DNA of 64,000 nucleotides from Octopus vulgaris (lineage: Eukaryota): positions 24,304,001 through 24,368,000 of the forward strand of contig OX597821.1 of the NCBI GenBank assembly GCA_951406725.2. The letters are read 5' to 3'. Numbering within the stretch: position 1 is the stretch's first letter; each line of letters starts with the position of its first letter. Positions 1 to 12,379 of this stretch are shown one piece after another. The translations under genes were made by a program, and so were the position numbers. The notes below the pieces were generated by a model, which saw only the letters and a program-made list of their open reading frames with translations, was not told the DNA's origin and did not search any database.

Positions 1-395
1 GTTCAGCGAAGTGGTGCTGAAAATTCCGCACACATCTGCTTGGACTCGTCTGTCATGCGCGCATTACGCAACGTCAAAGACTGGATTGTGGTTTTGTTTC
101 CTCATTGTGCCTCAGCCATCCGGGCCCATCGAACGGCTTTTGTTACCTCATATTTTTGAGCACGTGCCCTAGCTCTGACAACACAACCTTCATGCTTGGC
201 GTTGAAGAATTGGTCAAGTGCCAATCTGACCGCCAGCACGTCAGTCGCTATGCCTTTACTAACCGCCTCTTCTAGTTTCCTAAGTAGGTATCCCCCTACT
301 CTAGACTTCTCTATCACTATTTCCTTACTAAACCCTAACACCTCAACTTTAATCACCCTTTTCAGACCTACCCACCATCGGTTATTGAAGACAGC
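1..395 (-). mobile_element. Tx1/L1-clade LINE ORF2 fragment (region between endonuclease and RT)
   Basis: Minus-strand translation WWVGLKRVIKVE...HEGCVVRARAR...AEAQ*GNKTTIQSL...FQHHFAE resembles the L1/Tx1 ORF2 linker and contains a stop. Confidence 0.65.
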
Positions 396-590
396 GAGAC
401 CTGAAATTTGGAAGGAGGGGACTAATCGACTACATTGACCTCAGTGTTTCACTGGTACGTAATTTATTGACCTCCAAAGGATGAAAGGTAAAGTCGAATC
501 GGCGGAATTTGAATTTAGAACGTAGCAACGGGCGAAATACTGCTAAGCATTTTGTCCAGCGTGCTAGCGATTCTGCCAGCTCGCCGCCCT
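396..590 (-). mobile_element. tRNA-derived SINE, family B (head GGCGGCGAGCTGGCAGAA), diverged
   Basis: Matches other copies in the window: head, GAGTTCAAATTCCGCC B-box and CTTTCATCCTTT core. Confidence 0.8.
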
Positions 591-810
591 ATATCTTACT
601 ATTACGGGTGTTATCTCCGTCTGACTGTTTCCTGTCTGTCTGTCTGTTTATTACTTCTTCACGGTCAGACAGCTGGAGCAATGGTCGCGATGTTTTTCGG
701 GATTACGAAGGAGGTAATCAGGAAGGTTTTTAACGAAAAAATGTGAAAAAGTATGATTATTTAGTGGATATTTATACTAAGTCTGAATCTGTTTTTTTGA
801 ACCCCCAAAG

Positions 811-999
811 GTTCAACTCGCGCATTCACAGCAAACAAGACACAGGGCCAAACTTTAGATCGTGTAGGTATATTTTTACCCACTGCGATGTTTACACACG
901 GCTAGTTATAACGTCACTATGAGTAGAGCAATGAACTCCAGGAATTTAAAAATTAGTGTCAACCAAACAGAAAATTTCGTCTTCAAAGAAGTTTTATAA
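811..999 (+). mobile_element. Helitron remnant, C-terminus of PIF1-like helicase
   Basis: Frameshifted translation T-ANKTQGQTLDRVGIFLPTAMFTHG*L-VTMSRA...NFVFKEVL* matches the Helitron motif TINKSQGQTL..VG..L..PVFSHGQLYVALSR. An upstream (TCTG)n tract near 620-645 is typical of non-autonomous Helitrons. Confidence 0.75.
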
Positions 1000-1499
1000 T
1001 CATATTGATATTATCGAAAGGAATATGATTCATAATTTAAGTAAGGAAATTTGTGAACTTTGAATGTATAAGTGTATAAACAAGCGTAAAATAGTATAAA
1101 CAACGAAAATAAAAGTATATCTAAATAACATTTTTTTTCTTAATACTTTTTATGTAGTGGTCGAAGGATGCTCTGGCTTTCACTAGGAGTGGTCCACATA
1201 ACCATTCATGATACAGAAACTGGGAGCCTCTGTATCAGTTCGGGAGTGAATCCTCATCACACGTCACTTAGTCGCAAACACATGTCATATAACTGCAATT
1301 GAATGCTGTATCACCAACAATAATGATGAAGATTACACAGTAATTATACCCAGTAATCTATCAAGTACATTTGCATATTTCTCAATACATACTGCTGTTA
1401 TAACTTCCCTCGCTCATTTTATGCCTGCATCGTAGATGGGTAGATTTGTTAGTGGTGATGATGATGATAATGATGATGATGGTAATGATGATGATGATG

Positions 1500-1543
<44 letters not shown>

Positions 1544-1544
<1 letters not shown>

Positions 1545-1932
1545 GTTTCAAATTTTGCCTGAAATTTGGCGGGAGGAGGATACTCGATTACGTCGACCCC
1601 AGTTCTCAACTAGTACTTATTCTATCGAACCCGATAGGATAAAAGGCAAAGTTGACCTTGGCGGAATTTGAACTCAGAACGTAAAGACAGACGAAATACC
1701 TATTTCTTTACTACCCACAAGGGGCTAAAAACAGAGAGGGCAAACAATGACAGACAAACGGATTAAGTCGATTATATCGACCCCAGTGCGTAACTGGTAC
1801 TTATTTAATCGACCCCGAAAGGATGAAAGGCAAAGTCGACCTCGGCGGAATTTGAACTCAGAACGTAGCGGCAGACGAAATACCGCTAAGCATTTCGCCC
1901 GGCGTGCTAACGTTTCTGCCAGCTCGTTGCCT
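1544..1932 (-). mobile_element. SINE family B composite (head-body-tail-body-tail) ending in (TAA/TGA)n
   Basis: Two core blocks joined at GAAATACC|TATTTCTTT (~1700); adjacent microsatellite 1453-1543. Confidence 0.85.
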
Positions 1933-2100
1933 CATCCATTACTAATAATGCAATCCATACAACACATACCCCTTATAATCATTACCTGACACAGGGGATA
2001 TCTTAGCAGCATATTAGGCCCTCCCCCCGGGAAAATCCATGCATTGGATATTTATTGATAGCAAGCCACAAGGGTGTGTAGAGGGCTCTGAATAGAGGTA

Positions 2101-2338
2101 ATACCTATTTCTTTACTACCCACAAGGGGCTAAACACAGGAGGAACAAACAAGGACAGATAAACGGATTAAGTCGATTATATCGACCCCTGTGTGTAACT
2201 GGTACTTATTTAATCGACCCCGAAAGGATGAAAGGCAAAATCGACCTCGGCGGAATTTGAACTCAGAATGTAGCGGCTGACGAAATACTGCTAAGCATTT
2301 CGCCCGGCGTGCTAACGTTTCTGCCAGCTCGCCGCCTT
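2101..2338 (-). mobile_element. SINE family B, full length with target-site duplication
   Basis: TGAATAGAGGTAATACCT present on both sides. Confidence 0.9.
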
Positions 2339-2923
2339 GAATAGAGGTAATACCTTCGGCATCTGGCTGCACCTTACCAGGGATGGTCAGATGAACAGGC
2401 ATCTCTGGTCCTCATTCAACTCCTGTTCTCTCACCTGGTGTCTCCTAGCTCCACACTTCGGTATCCCACTTCAACCAGCAGGCTGAAACAAGTGATGGGA
2501 AGGTGTTAACACTGTACCAGTAGGCGAAAGACTCCGGGCGGGGTTTCCTAAGGAGTTATCGGCTTGGGTGGAGGAACCTGTCCAAGTCAACAGCTTTGTG
2601 TTCAGGGCCAAGACGTGTCACACAAAGAGGCATGAGGTTGTAACCAACAGCTTGGAGAGGAATTGGCCCTACCAGACTAATTTACCCGTGATGCATTAAG
2701 GATGTATCATGGGCAAGTCGCACCCAACCACCCGGGTTAACATCAAGTGTGGAGAGGCTTCAATTTTGCCGATTCACAGTGAGCAGCAGATGACCGAGAA
2801 AAGTGTCTCAACGACCACACTGGGATAGGAAGGATAGGAAGAAGAAGAAGGAAACAAACCACAACATACATAGATCTGAATTGGGGTCCTAGATCCGTGC
2901 GGCCATCGTCCGACACTAAAATA

Positions 2924-3444
2924 CCGCAAATCCTCGAGTATAATCCGCACTTTTTTCCCAAAATTTAAAGGTCAAAATCCCTAGTGCGTACTGTATACGA
3001 GGTTAAAAATGAAAAATATTTTCTAAGCAATGTCTGAGCCTCTATTTGCTGTCTGGCTATGTTTATTCAGACGCATTTTGTGATGTCGGGCGTGAAAATA
3101 CCTTAAGCTAAGCCTGAAAGCAATGAAGTCATAAAAAAATCATTCATAACTTGCAGTAAGCAACATTTATTAAAATAAAAGTATTCAGAACACAGAATTA
3201 CATGTAACAAAAACATTTTGCAAACATATTTACATTTCCATATAACAGCTAAGAACACCACCATTATTGTATTACGCATGCGCTGAAGTGCTTGTTCGAC
3301 TAGGTGCTGCTGGCTTAATTATGCACGACTCAAGTAGAGAAGGGGTGCGTATTATACACAAGGTTTAGGTTTTTCAGAGGTACAGTCCCCTAAAAAAACC
3401 CTGCGTATTATACTCAAGGGCGGACTATAGTCGAAGATTTACGG
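2924..3444. mobile_element. Tc1/mariner-superfamily (pogo/Tigger-like) MITE
   Basis: Imperfect TIRs CCGCAAATCCTCGAGTATAATCCGC / GCGGACTATAGTCGAAGATTTACGG; TA dinucleotides at 2922-2923 and 3445-3446; subterminal TGCGTATTATAC repeats. Confidence 0.8.
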
Positions 3445-4263
3445 TACAAATTACATCACGCACTCTTCATAATCACCATCCGATATACAGCCCACACAAT
3501 AAATGCTCTCCACCAGACATAGGCGACGTTTTCCGAGAGGCGGGCTGCGTGTAACGTGGCTAGTCCTCAGGCGGCCCATATTATTAAAAACAAAAGAAAA
3601 CAAATAAAAAAATATCCGTCTCGCCAGATTTCAGTTTTTTATTTTTTAAGTGGATGCTCCAGCATGGCTGCAGTCAAATGACTGAAACAAGTAAAATAAT
3701 AACAGAATTGTAATTTTTAGTTAGGCATGCCATTCAGAAAGCTCCGTGTCTGCCAATGATAGCTCTGCACAATCACAACCTGACGTTAAAAGCACAACTC
3801 ATACGCACATACTCAACACAATGACCACTTAACACCGTAACACATAACAACAATTGTGTAAATCACACGAAACACAAACATCACCCCCAGTAAATAAATA
3901 AATAAATAAATAAATAACATAGCACATATTGCACATATTCCGCATAACAAAGAGACGAAATACTCAAATAACAACAAACAGGAAGCAAAATATATCTGAC
4001 AGAAATATATAAAAATACAGTTTGACATTCCCAAAAAGCATTGTTGCACAAACTTCAGATGTACGAAAATACACCTAGTAGTAGAGATGAAATTTGGTAA
4101 AAACTTGTTGAAAGTTTGAGGAGAATCAAAAGTTAGAGTAAACTGTTTTTATATTGACAACGGAAATGTATGAATATGAGATACAGCAGGATAGACACCA
4201 GAACCGTGGATGAGGTGGGAAAAGGAAGCGCGCTGTGAAATATTATACTCTCTTTTCTCTTTT

Positions 4264-4644
4264 CTCTCTTTTACTTGTTTCAGTCATTTGACTGCGGCCA
4301 TGCTGGAGCACCGCCTTTTAGTCGAGCAACTCGACCCCGGGACTTATTCTTTTGCAAGCCCAGTACTTATTCTATCGGTCTCTTTTGCCGAAACGCTAAG
4401 TGACGGGGACGTAAACACACCAGCATCGGTTGTCAAGCAATGCTAGGGAGACAAACACATACATATACATATACATATATACGACAGGCTTCTTTCAGTT
4501 TCCGTCTACCAAATCCACTCACAAGGCATTGGTCGGCCCGGGGCTATAGCAGAAGACACTTGCCCAAGGTGCCACGCAGTGGAACTGAACCCGGAACCAT
4601 GTGGTTGGTTAGCAAGCTACTTACCACACAGCCACTCCTGCGCC
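4264..4644 (-). mobile_element. tRNA-derived SINE, family A (head GGCGCAGGAGTGGCTGTGTGG), full length
   Basis: tRNA-like head, internal TA/TG microsatellite and tail CAGCATGGCCGCAGTCAAATGACTGAAACAAG; many near-identical copies in the window. Confidence 0.9.
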
Positions 4645-4675
4645 TATTATGTCAACAGTATATTTAGGAGGCTTT

Positions 4676-4831
4676 TTTGTTAAGGCCGGTCAGAGAGTGA
4701 CCATTGGATTCGCACCTATAAAGCACTTGGCTGTATAGGCACAGACTCAAATGAGTCTGATGTGTTGCCTATACAGCTAAGCGCTTTATAGGTGCGAAGC
4801 CAAATGTCACTCTCTAACCGGTCATAACAAA
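4676..4831. repeat. ~156-nt imperfect hairpin (small fold-back element or structured RNA)
   Basis: TTTGTTAAGGCCGGTCAGAGAGTGAC...TTCGCACCTATAAAGCACTTGGCTGTATAGGCA pairs with TGCCTATACAGCTAAGCGCTTTATAGGTGCGAA...GTCACTCTCTAACCGGTCATAACAAA. Confidence 0.85.
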
Positions 4832-5960
4832 TACATACATACATGATGGCCGCCCCCTCGTTATCGAGTATGGCCATTGCACGAAGCTTAACTGTTATTG
4901 GTGCTGTGATCAAATGTGACTTTTTAGCCTAGCTAAAGATCTACAATATCTTGTACAGAATTGGCAGCTAAGACCTTTACCGACAATAGCCGGCTGTAGT
5001 TGTAACTGGGCTTCATGTACCTTTGCATGTCGTTTAAGTCCTCCTACCGAATTACACTCTCTTCCACGTGCCTGGCAGATATGATTAGTATGGTGTGTAA
5101 CACCACCACCAGTAGTCAGGTTGTCACTCATCTGTCTCGCTTTACGACTACGAAGATGACTCTTGAGTCCAGCTTTACTGAGGCAGGGTCTTAAACAGAC
5201 ACTGCATGTCAGCATCATAGGAAGACCCTTCCCATCTGGAAGTGTAACAGCGATGCCCTCCCTGACATCCCTCCATACTTTCTCATGCGCAACTCGAGAT
5301 TTCTCAAAAGTAGCTGTCCCCTCGTGCACAATCCTTCTCCACATGCTACGATCAATAGCTATGCTCTCCCATGTGTCGGGAGAGATGCAAGCATCTCTTA
5401 AGGAAGCCTTCAGCAAGTCCTTATACCTCTTTTTTGGTTTATGTGGGGGTCGTTCTCCTTTAGCTAACTCTCCATAAAAGAGTTGTTTTGGCATCCTTGA
5501 ATCCTTCATCCTGACAAGATGACCACTCCATCTGAGCCTTTGCTTTAACACAAGAGCTTCTATACTTTCGCACCGAGAGCCTTCCAATATTTCAAGATCA
5601 CTGATGCGGTCCTCCCACTTAATGCCATAGATCCGTCCGAGACACATCTGATGGAAATGTTCCAGTTGTTTAAGGTGATATCGATATGTGACCCGTCTCG
5701 CAGGCATAGAGAAGAGAAAGAGCACACATGCCTTGTACACCTTTATCTTTGTCTTTCTGCATGTCTCGCCGACTCCAGAGGCGCTTTTCTAGCCTTCCGA
5801 AAGCAACACTTGCTTTCCTAATTCTCTATGGAACTTCATCATCCACATTGCCATATCTATTAATAGTGCTTCCCAGGTAGACAAACTGATCAACTACATC
5901 AAGTCGTTTACCATATACATAGATATTTGGTACACTATACTGCTTACCAGGAGCAGGTTG
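4832..5960 (-). mobile_element. RTE-clade LINE 3' portion (end of RT, C-terminal zinc fingers, 3' UTR ending in (TATG)n)
   Basis: Motifs LDVVDQFVYLGSTI, QRLRWSGHLVRMKDSRMPKQLFYGEL..G.R....PKKRYKD and WESIAIDRSMWR; frameshifted. Confidence 0.92.
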
Positions 5961-6014
5961 GTACATACATACATACATACATACATACATACATACATAC
6001 ATACATACATACAT

Positions 6015-6305
<291 letters not shown>

Positions 6306-6590
6306 TATAATTATAGACAGGGTAAACTTTAGCCAGTTCTCCGCAGACTGAAAATATGATGAACAACCTTAACTTTTACTTGTTTCACTTATTAGATTGT
6401 AAACATGTTGGGGAACCACCTTACAGAAACTTACTTGAACGAATCCACTCCAGTACCGATCGTTTTTTAAGTCAGGTACTTATTGTATCGGTTCTTTTGC
6501 CGAACTGCTAAGTTACGGGTGTAAACACACTAACACCGGTGACGGGAACAAACACAAAGACACACACGCGTGTATATATATAAATATACT

Positions 6591-7400
6591 AATTTATAAT
6601 TATATAATACAATTATATTAAAGTGTGAGGATAAGCTCCACCAACACGCTAGAAATAGACGCCAAATGGCTCTAAAAACCATATCTATATTCCGTTAGCG
6701 CAGATTGTAAGCAGGCAGATGAAAAATGAACAAGATTTTTGAAAAAAGATGGTTAATTGCAGATCGATCTCTGGCTTAGGGATATAAAACCCCTTGCTGT
6801 CTTCAGTACAATATACCAAAGTATATAGGTACAAATATTTATACACACCCATTCGAAGAATATACCTGCACGATTATATACATACATTTAAATGTAGACT
6901 TAGTAAAAATCTAATTTTTTCTCATCTCAACCAGGTGCTTTTATTATCAAAAGGTTTTTATTTCACGGTGGCCACTTCATAAAATCATTAAAGTGGTTTT
7001 ATCTTTAATTTTGTATAAAATATTTTTTTTTCTCCTGATAAATTGCATTCTTTGCGAGATTATTTTGATAATAAAAGCACGTTGCTGAGATGAGAAAAAT
7101 TAGATTTTTACTAGTGTATACATTAATATGTATGTATATAATTGTGCGGATATGTTGTTCGTATGGATATGTATAAATATTTGCATGTATATACTTTGGC
7201 ATATTATACTGAGCCAGAAATCGATCTACAATTAACCATCTATTTTCAAAAATCTTATTCATTTTTTTTTATCTGCCAGGTTACAACCTGCGCTAACGGA
7301 GTATAGATGCTGTTTCTAGAGCCATTTGGCGTCTATTTCTAGCGTGTTGATGAGGTTTATCCGCAGCCTTTCATATAATTTTATTACATAATTATAAATT
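6591..7400. repeat. Diverged long inverted repeat (fold-back/MITE-like), arms ~6591-6952 and ~7061-7400
   Basis: For example CAACACGCTAGAAATAGACGCCAAATGGCTCTA vs TAGAGCCATTTGGCGTCTATTTCTAGCGTGTTG; arms clearly homologous with many substitutions and an indel. Confidence 0.85.
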
Positions 7401-7463
7401 AATGGGAATTGTTACCTACAAGGTTTCTATCATTAAAGTGGTTTTATACTTAATTTTGTATAT

Positions 7464-7530
<67 letters not shown>

Positions 7531-8060
7531 AATGAGCAAAGGGAGAAAATGGAGAAATTGACATACAGACATCAGTTTATTCAAAGATATTCAAATCCAC
7601 ATAATGAAATTCCTGTCCTACGGTCGTTTCTATATCCAATTGGTTCAGTTACAGAAATTAAATTAAATTAATCTAATTTGAATTTTCATATTGGTTAATT
7701 GGGTAATTTATCAGGGAAGGATTTTCCCAAAAGGGAGTTACATTTCATCGTGTTGGTTGACCAACGGCAGACTCAGGTGTGTCTGAGTCTATCACCTGAG
7801 TCTGAGTCTGACATTTGAGCCTGCCGTTGGTCAACCAACACGATGAAATGTAACTCCCTTTTGGGAAAATCCTTCCCTGATAAATTACCCAATTAACCAA
7901 TATGAAAATTCAAATTAGATTAATTTAATTTAATTTCTGTAACTGAACCAATTGGATATAGAAACGACTGTAGGACAGGAATTTCATTATGTGGATTTGA
8001 ATATCTTTGAATAAACTGATGTCTGTATGTCAATTTCTCCATTTTCTCCCTTTGCTCATT
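7531..8060. repeat. Near-perfect inverted repeat, 240-bp arms (7531-7770 / 7821-8060) with a 50-bp spacer
   Basis: Direct reverse-complement comparison; about one mismatch seen. Confidence 0.95.
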
Positions 8061-8222
8061 TATAAATATTTTAAATACCTATATACCGCTGCTATGTTAA
8101 CGTTTGTTTTCGTTTGCCGCAAAGGCATTTTTCAAAATACGCCGGCCAAGATAAGTTAAAAATTGTCTAAAGTCGTAAGACGCCGCTGTTTTTGTCCTGC
8201 TTACCATTCTTGTTTTTTATTT

Positions 8223-8541
8223 CTATTTTTTGTTTCTTGTATTTATATTCGTGTGGCATCCTGTCTTTGTTTCGTATACATTCGATCCTCTTTCCAAGAA
8301 ATCTAATGCCTGTGGCTTAGTTTTTCCATGGAGCTGGCCGGTTCGGAGCGATATCGAGATTAAACAGCCGAAATTGCTAAGATGATCCGGTTCCGACTGA
8401 AGATTAGAGGCTTCGAGTGACCCGTCTGTTTTCTTGTGTCGTCTCTTTGTGTGTTTTTGCGTTCTTGTCCCACTTTGTAATTTATATTTTTTATATTTAA
8501 TTTCTATACATATATTATTGCGGCGTAACGTACCCCTATCT

Positions 8542-8545
<4 letters not shown>
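8223..8545 (+). repeat. Unclassified interspersed repeat abutting (TA)n; related copy on the minus strand at ~22770-22880
   Basis: Shared block GATGATCCGGTT..GACTGAAGA.T.GAGGCTTCGA followed by a GT-rich tail. Confidence 0.6.
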
Positions 8546-8602
<57 letters not shown>

Positions 8603-8837
8603 ATGCAAAACTAATATATTTAGTTTTCACTGAACACTTGTATAAACCGGATAACTAGGATGCTAGCATCTCTTAAAGGATTATAGGTTCTTGACACAAT
8701 TATATATATAGTCATAAATGACAGACAAATGCTTAGATGAATTTTTATTCAATGATAAAAATTTCAAACATTCGTAAATACATACATACCCTTTCTCTTT
8801 CCTCCTCCTATTCTGTATATATATATATATATATATA

Positions 8838-9211
8838 TTCTAGTTTCAGCTCAGAGCTGTGGCCATGCTGATGCATCGCCGTTTTGTGCTACACTGTTAT
8901 TACGAAGAACCTCCTCTAATATGTGGCACTTGGTGAAGAATGGAGTTTGATATAGCTACTCTCATTTGTACCTCTTGCCGTGAGGTAGGTTCATCTGGGA
9001 CTCTTGACAGGAAGATGTCCAGCTTTGATTTAAAAACCGCTACATCTACTTTGTGCAAGTTCCTCAGACTCTCTGGGAGAATATTAAAAAGCTGTAGGCC
9101 CTTGAAACCCAGGCTGGTCCTGAAGCGTGATGGCATTGCTGGGATCTTTGGCACTATGCAGTGTCGTCCCGTTCTAGCATTGGTGTAGCTTACAATGCCA
9201 AAATTTGGCAC
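8838..9211 (-). mobile_element. CR1-clade LINE 3' end with 3' UTR
   Basis: RTGRHC.VPKI...SLGFKGLQLFNILPESLRNL...FKSKLDIFLSRVPDEP...NSI; the UTR carries a terminal stem-loop. Confidence 0.85.
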
Positions 9212-9234
9212 AATATATATATATATGTATATAT

Positions 9235-9780
9235 GCTGCTGTCTCTCTCCCCTGGCTCTCTCAAGGTAATGGACGACATTCTTTTTGCTCCGCTCGTCGT
9301 CCTTAAAAAATTCTGCGTTTGCAATACTTTTTTTCGTTCGGCGTTAACAGCCCTTCTTATCTTGTTTTCCCTGTCCTGTCTTTTACTGTTTACAATTTGT
9401 ACTGTCGTTACTGTCCTGTTGTTACCATTTTTTACCCCTCTGCGAAAAGATTTCAGAATTTTAATTGATTTACTTTTCGCAGGAAGGAAAGTTTTCTTGT
9501 CGAAGATACGTCTCGCTTTTATCATTTGAAACGTAGAGTAGATGAAACCTTTAGCGACTGAAGAAGGGGTCTGTTCTTTGTGTTAATTGTCCTGTACTCT
9601 ATTTTTTTTTTGCTGTTTTTAAAAAAATATCCAGTTCCTTTGGTTTGTGTCTATGTTTTCGTTTCTCATTGTGTTCGACGTCCTTTTGGTGTCCTGTACT
9701 CATATATGCGTGTATATGTACATGTAGAGGTAGGTACGTACATATATGTTTATATATATGCATATGTTTTATTTTATTTA

Positions 9781-9785
<5 letters not shown>
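9235..9785 (+). repeat. Unclassified interspersed repeat between (TA)n tracts; its 3' part recurs at ~34026-34205
   Basis: Shared TATGTTTTCGTTTCTCATT.TGTTCGACG...CATGTAGAGGTAGGTACGTACATATATG. Confidence 0.7.
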
Positions 9786-9839
<54 letters not shown>

Positions 9840-11616
9840 TTATATATGTATATGCGTGTATGTGGGGGTGCGTAAATGTAATGGGAAATATTTGGAGCAA
9901 AAGAAGAAAAAATATTTTGAAAAAAATTTAATAAGCTAGATCAATTGAAGATATTTAGATACCGATCGTATCATGCGCTAAACAGAAAACCATACAAATC
10001 TTAGACTACCCTAATTATGAAAGACAAATACCCTAACCCATGTATGGTCTCGAGCCTAAAGTCTTTCAGCCTTGCCAAAATCACCACTCTCACCTCGTCT
10101 TTGAGTAATTCTACTGGATAATAACACCTATCTCTTCCTTTATGGTTTCTCTTCAGGTATTACTTGAATAAGTTAGAGAATGTGTAGCCAAGGAGGGAAA
10201 ATTCCTGTCTTTGTCGCTAGACAGCGAAAGAACGCCAGCCCTTCTTTGTCGAAAGGGAGGCGGAAGATTGACCTTTACGGTAGACTCATAAAAAATTAAA
10301 AATGATTTTATTGAACTCAGAAGCATGGCCTGTGAGGAAGGTGTTTGCGAGTACATCGGTCCGGGGCCCAGACAGCAAAGTAGGAGTCTGAAGATCCAAG
10401 AAGGGGTTTCGTGATTTTTTAATGACAAGGAAGAGGTCCCAATCACTTCCGAGGTGAGACCCGAGAGTAACCTCTTTTTGTCTTGGAAAATTTTCTCATG
10501 GTGGCCTTGCTTGGTTTTACCATACCCCCACGGCAATATAAGACAAAGTGATGGGGACTCTTCGAAATAGCCTAAAGAATCGAGGATAGAAGGGTAACTC
10601 CTCTGATCCTATACTTTTTCAAAGACAGCGTGACAGGTTGGAAGGAAGTTGCGGAGGTTGGAAACTTCACCCGAATATTTGTAACAGAGCGGAAACCACA
10701 TCTGAGGACCAGATAGTGATGTTAAACCAGGTGACAGATTGAAACTACCATCCAAGGGCCAGATAAACACCACAAGGTATTTCATCTAACCCTCCAGCAA
10801 CTCTTGTAACAGAGTAAGCTTCTCTCGACTAAGGACCAAGGAATGGTGTTAAACCAGGCAGCAGTTTGGAACTACCATTCAGCAACTCAGTACGCAAACA
10901 CCACCAGGTATCTCGATCGATCCCTAAAAAAATTCTTCCAATCTATTCTTCCTAGATAGACTAACTTTATTTCATTGGCCTCAAAAGGATGAAGAGTAAA
11001 GTGTTTTGTACCGCAAGGTGTTTTGTTCCATGCTGTAACGACCCTACCAAATTAGCAGCTAAATGACATGCTAGTGGCTGAAAGAAAGGAAGGAAACCTG
11101 TACACTTTGAATGATGTAGTCCTGGATAGATTGTACCATAAAACAAAGACAAGACGATCATGCTAAGAATGTCTTTGATTATAGATCTGTTCAGACAGAG
11201 CTGACCGGAACTAAACCACCACCACCATCACCACCGCCACCACGACCACAGCAACAACATCCGCAATGAAAATTGTAGTAAAGAAGCTTCTATGTGGATA
11301 CTCTATCAGTTAAAAATATCAATAAAATCTTCCTCAAATCGCATTCAACCGTCCCAAATACTATCTACCAAAAAGGATTTTTAAAAGGCAGGATGGTCGT
11401 GCTTGGAATACTGGTCATACAGTGCTTACCTGGTGCCATACAGCAATAACAACTGCCGCAAAAGAGAATCAGGTCACCGAAGGAAATTATTCAACTAATG
11501 AACTTCAGTGAAGAATCATTAGCTCGATATACTAGAAATAATAACCAAATCTCACTCATGTAACACTCTTAATGTTTTAAAAAAGAAAGGACACAATGTA
11601 GTCATAGCTGTACTCA

Positions 11617-12017
11617 TGAGTGGCTGTGTGGTAAGCAGCTTGCTAACCAACCACATGGTTCCGGGTTCAGTCCCACTGCGTGACACCTTGGGCAAGTGTC
11701 TTCTACTATTATAGCCTCGGGCCGACCAAAGCCTTGTGAGTGGATTTGGTAGACGGAAACTGAAAGAAGCCTGTCGTATATATGTATATATATATATATA
11801 TGTGTTTGTGTGTCTGTGTTTGTCCTCCTAGCATTGCTTGACAACCGATGCTGGTGTGTTTATGTCCCCGTTACTTAGCGGTTCGGCAAAAGAGACCGAT
11901 AGAATAAGTACTGGGCTTACAAAAAGAATAAGTCCCGGGGTCGATTTGCTCGATTAAAGGCGGTGCTCCAGCATGGCCGCAGTCAAATGACTGAAACAAG
12001 TAAAAGAGTAAAAGAGT
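11617..12017 (+). mobile_element. SINE family A
   Basis: Identity to family. Confidence 0.9.
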
Positions 12018-12094
12018 ATGTCTCAAAGCATAAAAGTGGCTTAATCATGGTTGGAATATCTTAAGTTTCCTGGATTATGACTGACCTGAGGTTA

Positions 12095-12125
<31 letters not shown>

Positions 12126-12295
12126 ACAACTATCTGTGTGTATCCGCAAGAATTTTGAAGTTGCCACGGTTTTCAAATATGGTTGTAACAAATCATTTGC
12201 CCCCCCCCACACACACACACGCGCATACACTTATAGGCCTTTCCACACAGAAACAGCCACCTACATACATACAGAGCAGCTACGAAGACAGTCTG

Positions 12296-12359
<64 letters not shown>

Positions 12360-12379
12360 ACGTTCATATACAACCCATT

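Noticed and set aside
8385-8425. CTGAAGA as a hammerhead core (also at 9558 and 22850 minus)
   Set aside because: No properly placed stem II plus GAAA plus cleavage triplet
10070-10930. 127-aa ORF and an internal ~130-bp diverged duplication
   Set aside because: No family could be assigned; possibly a decayed LINE ORF1, but the evidence is insufficient
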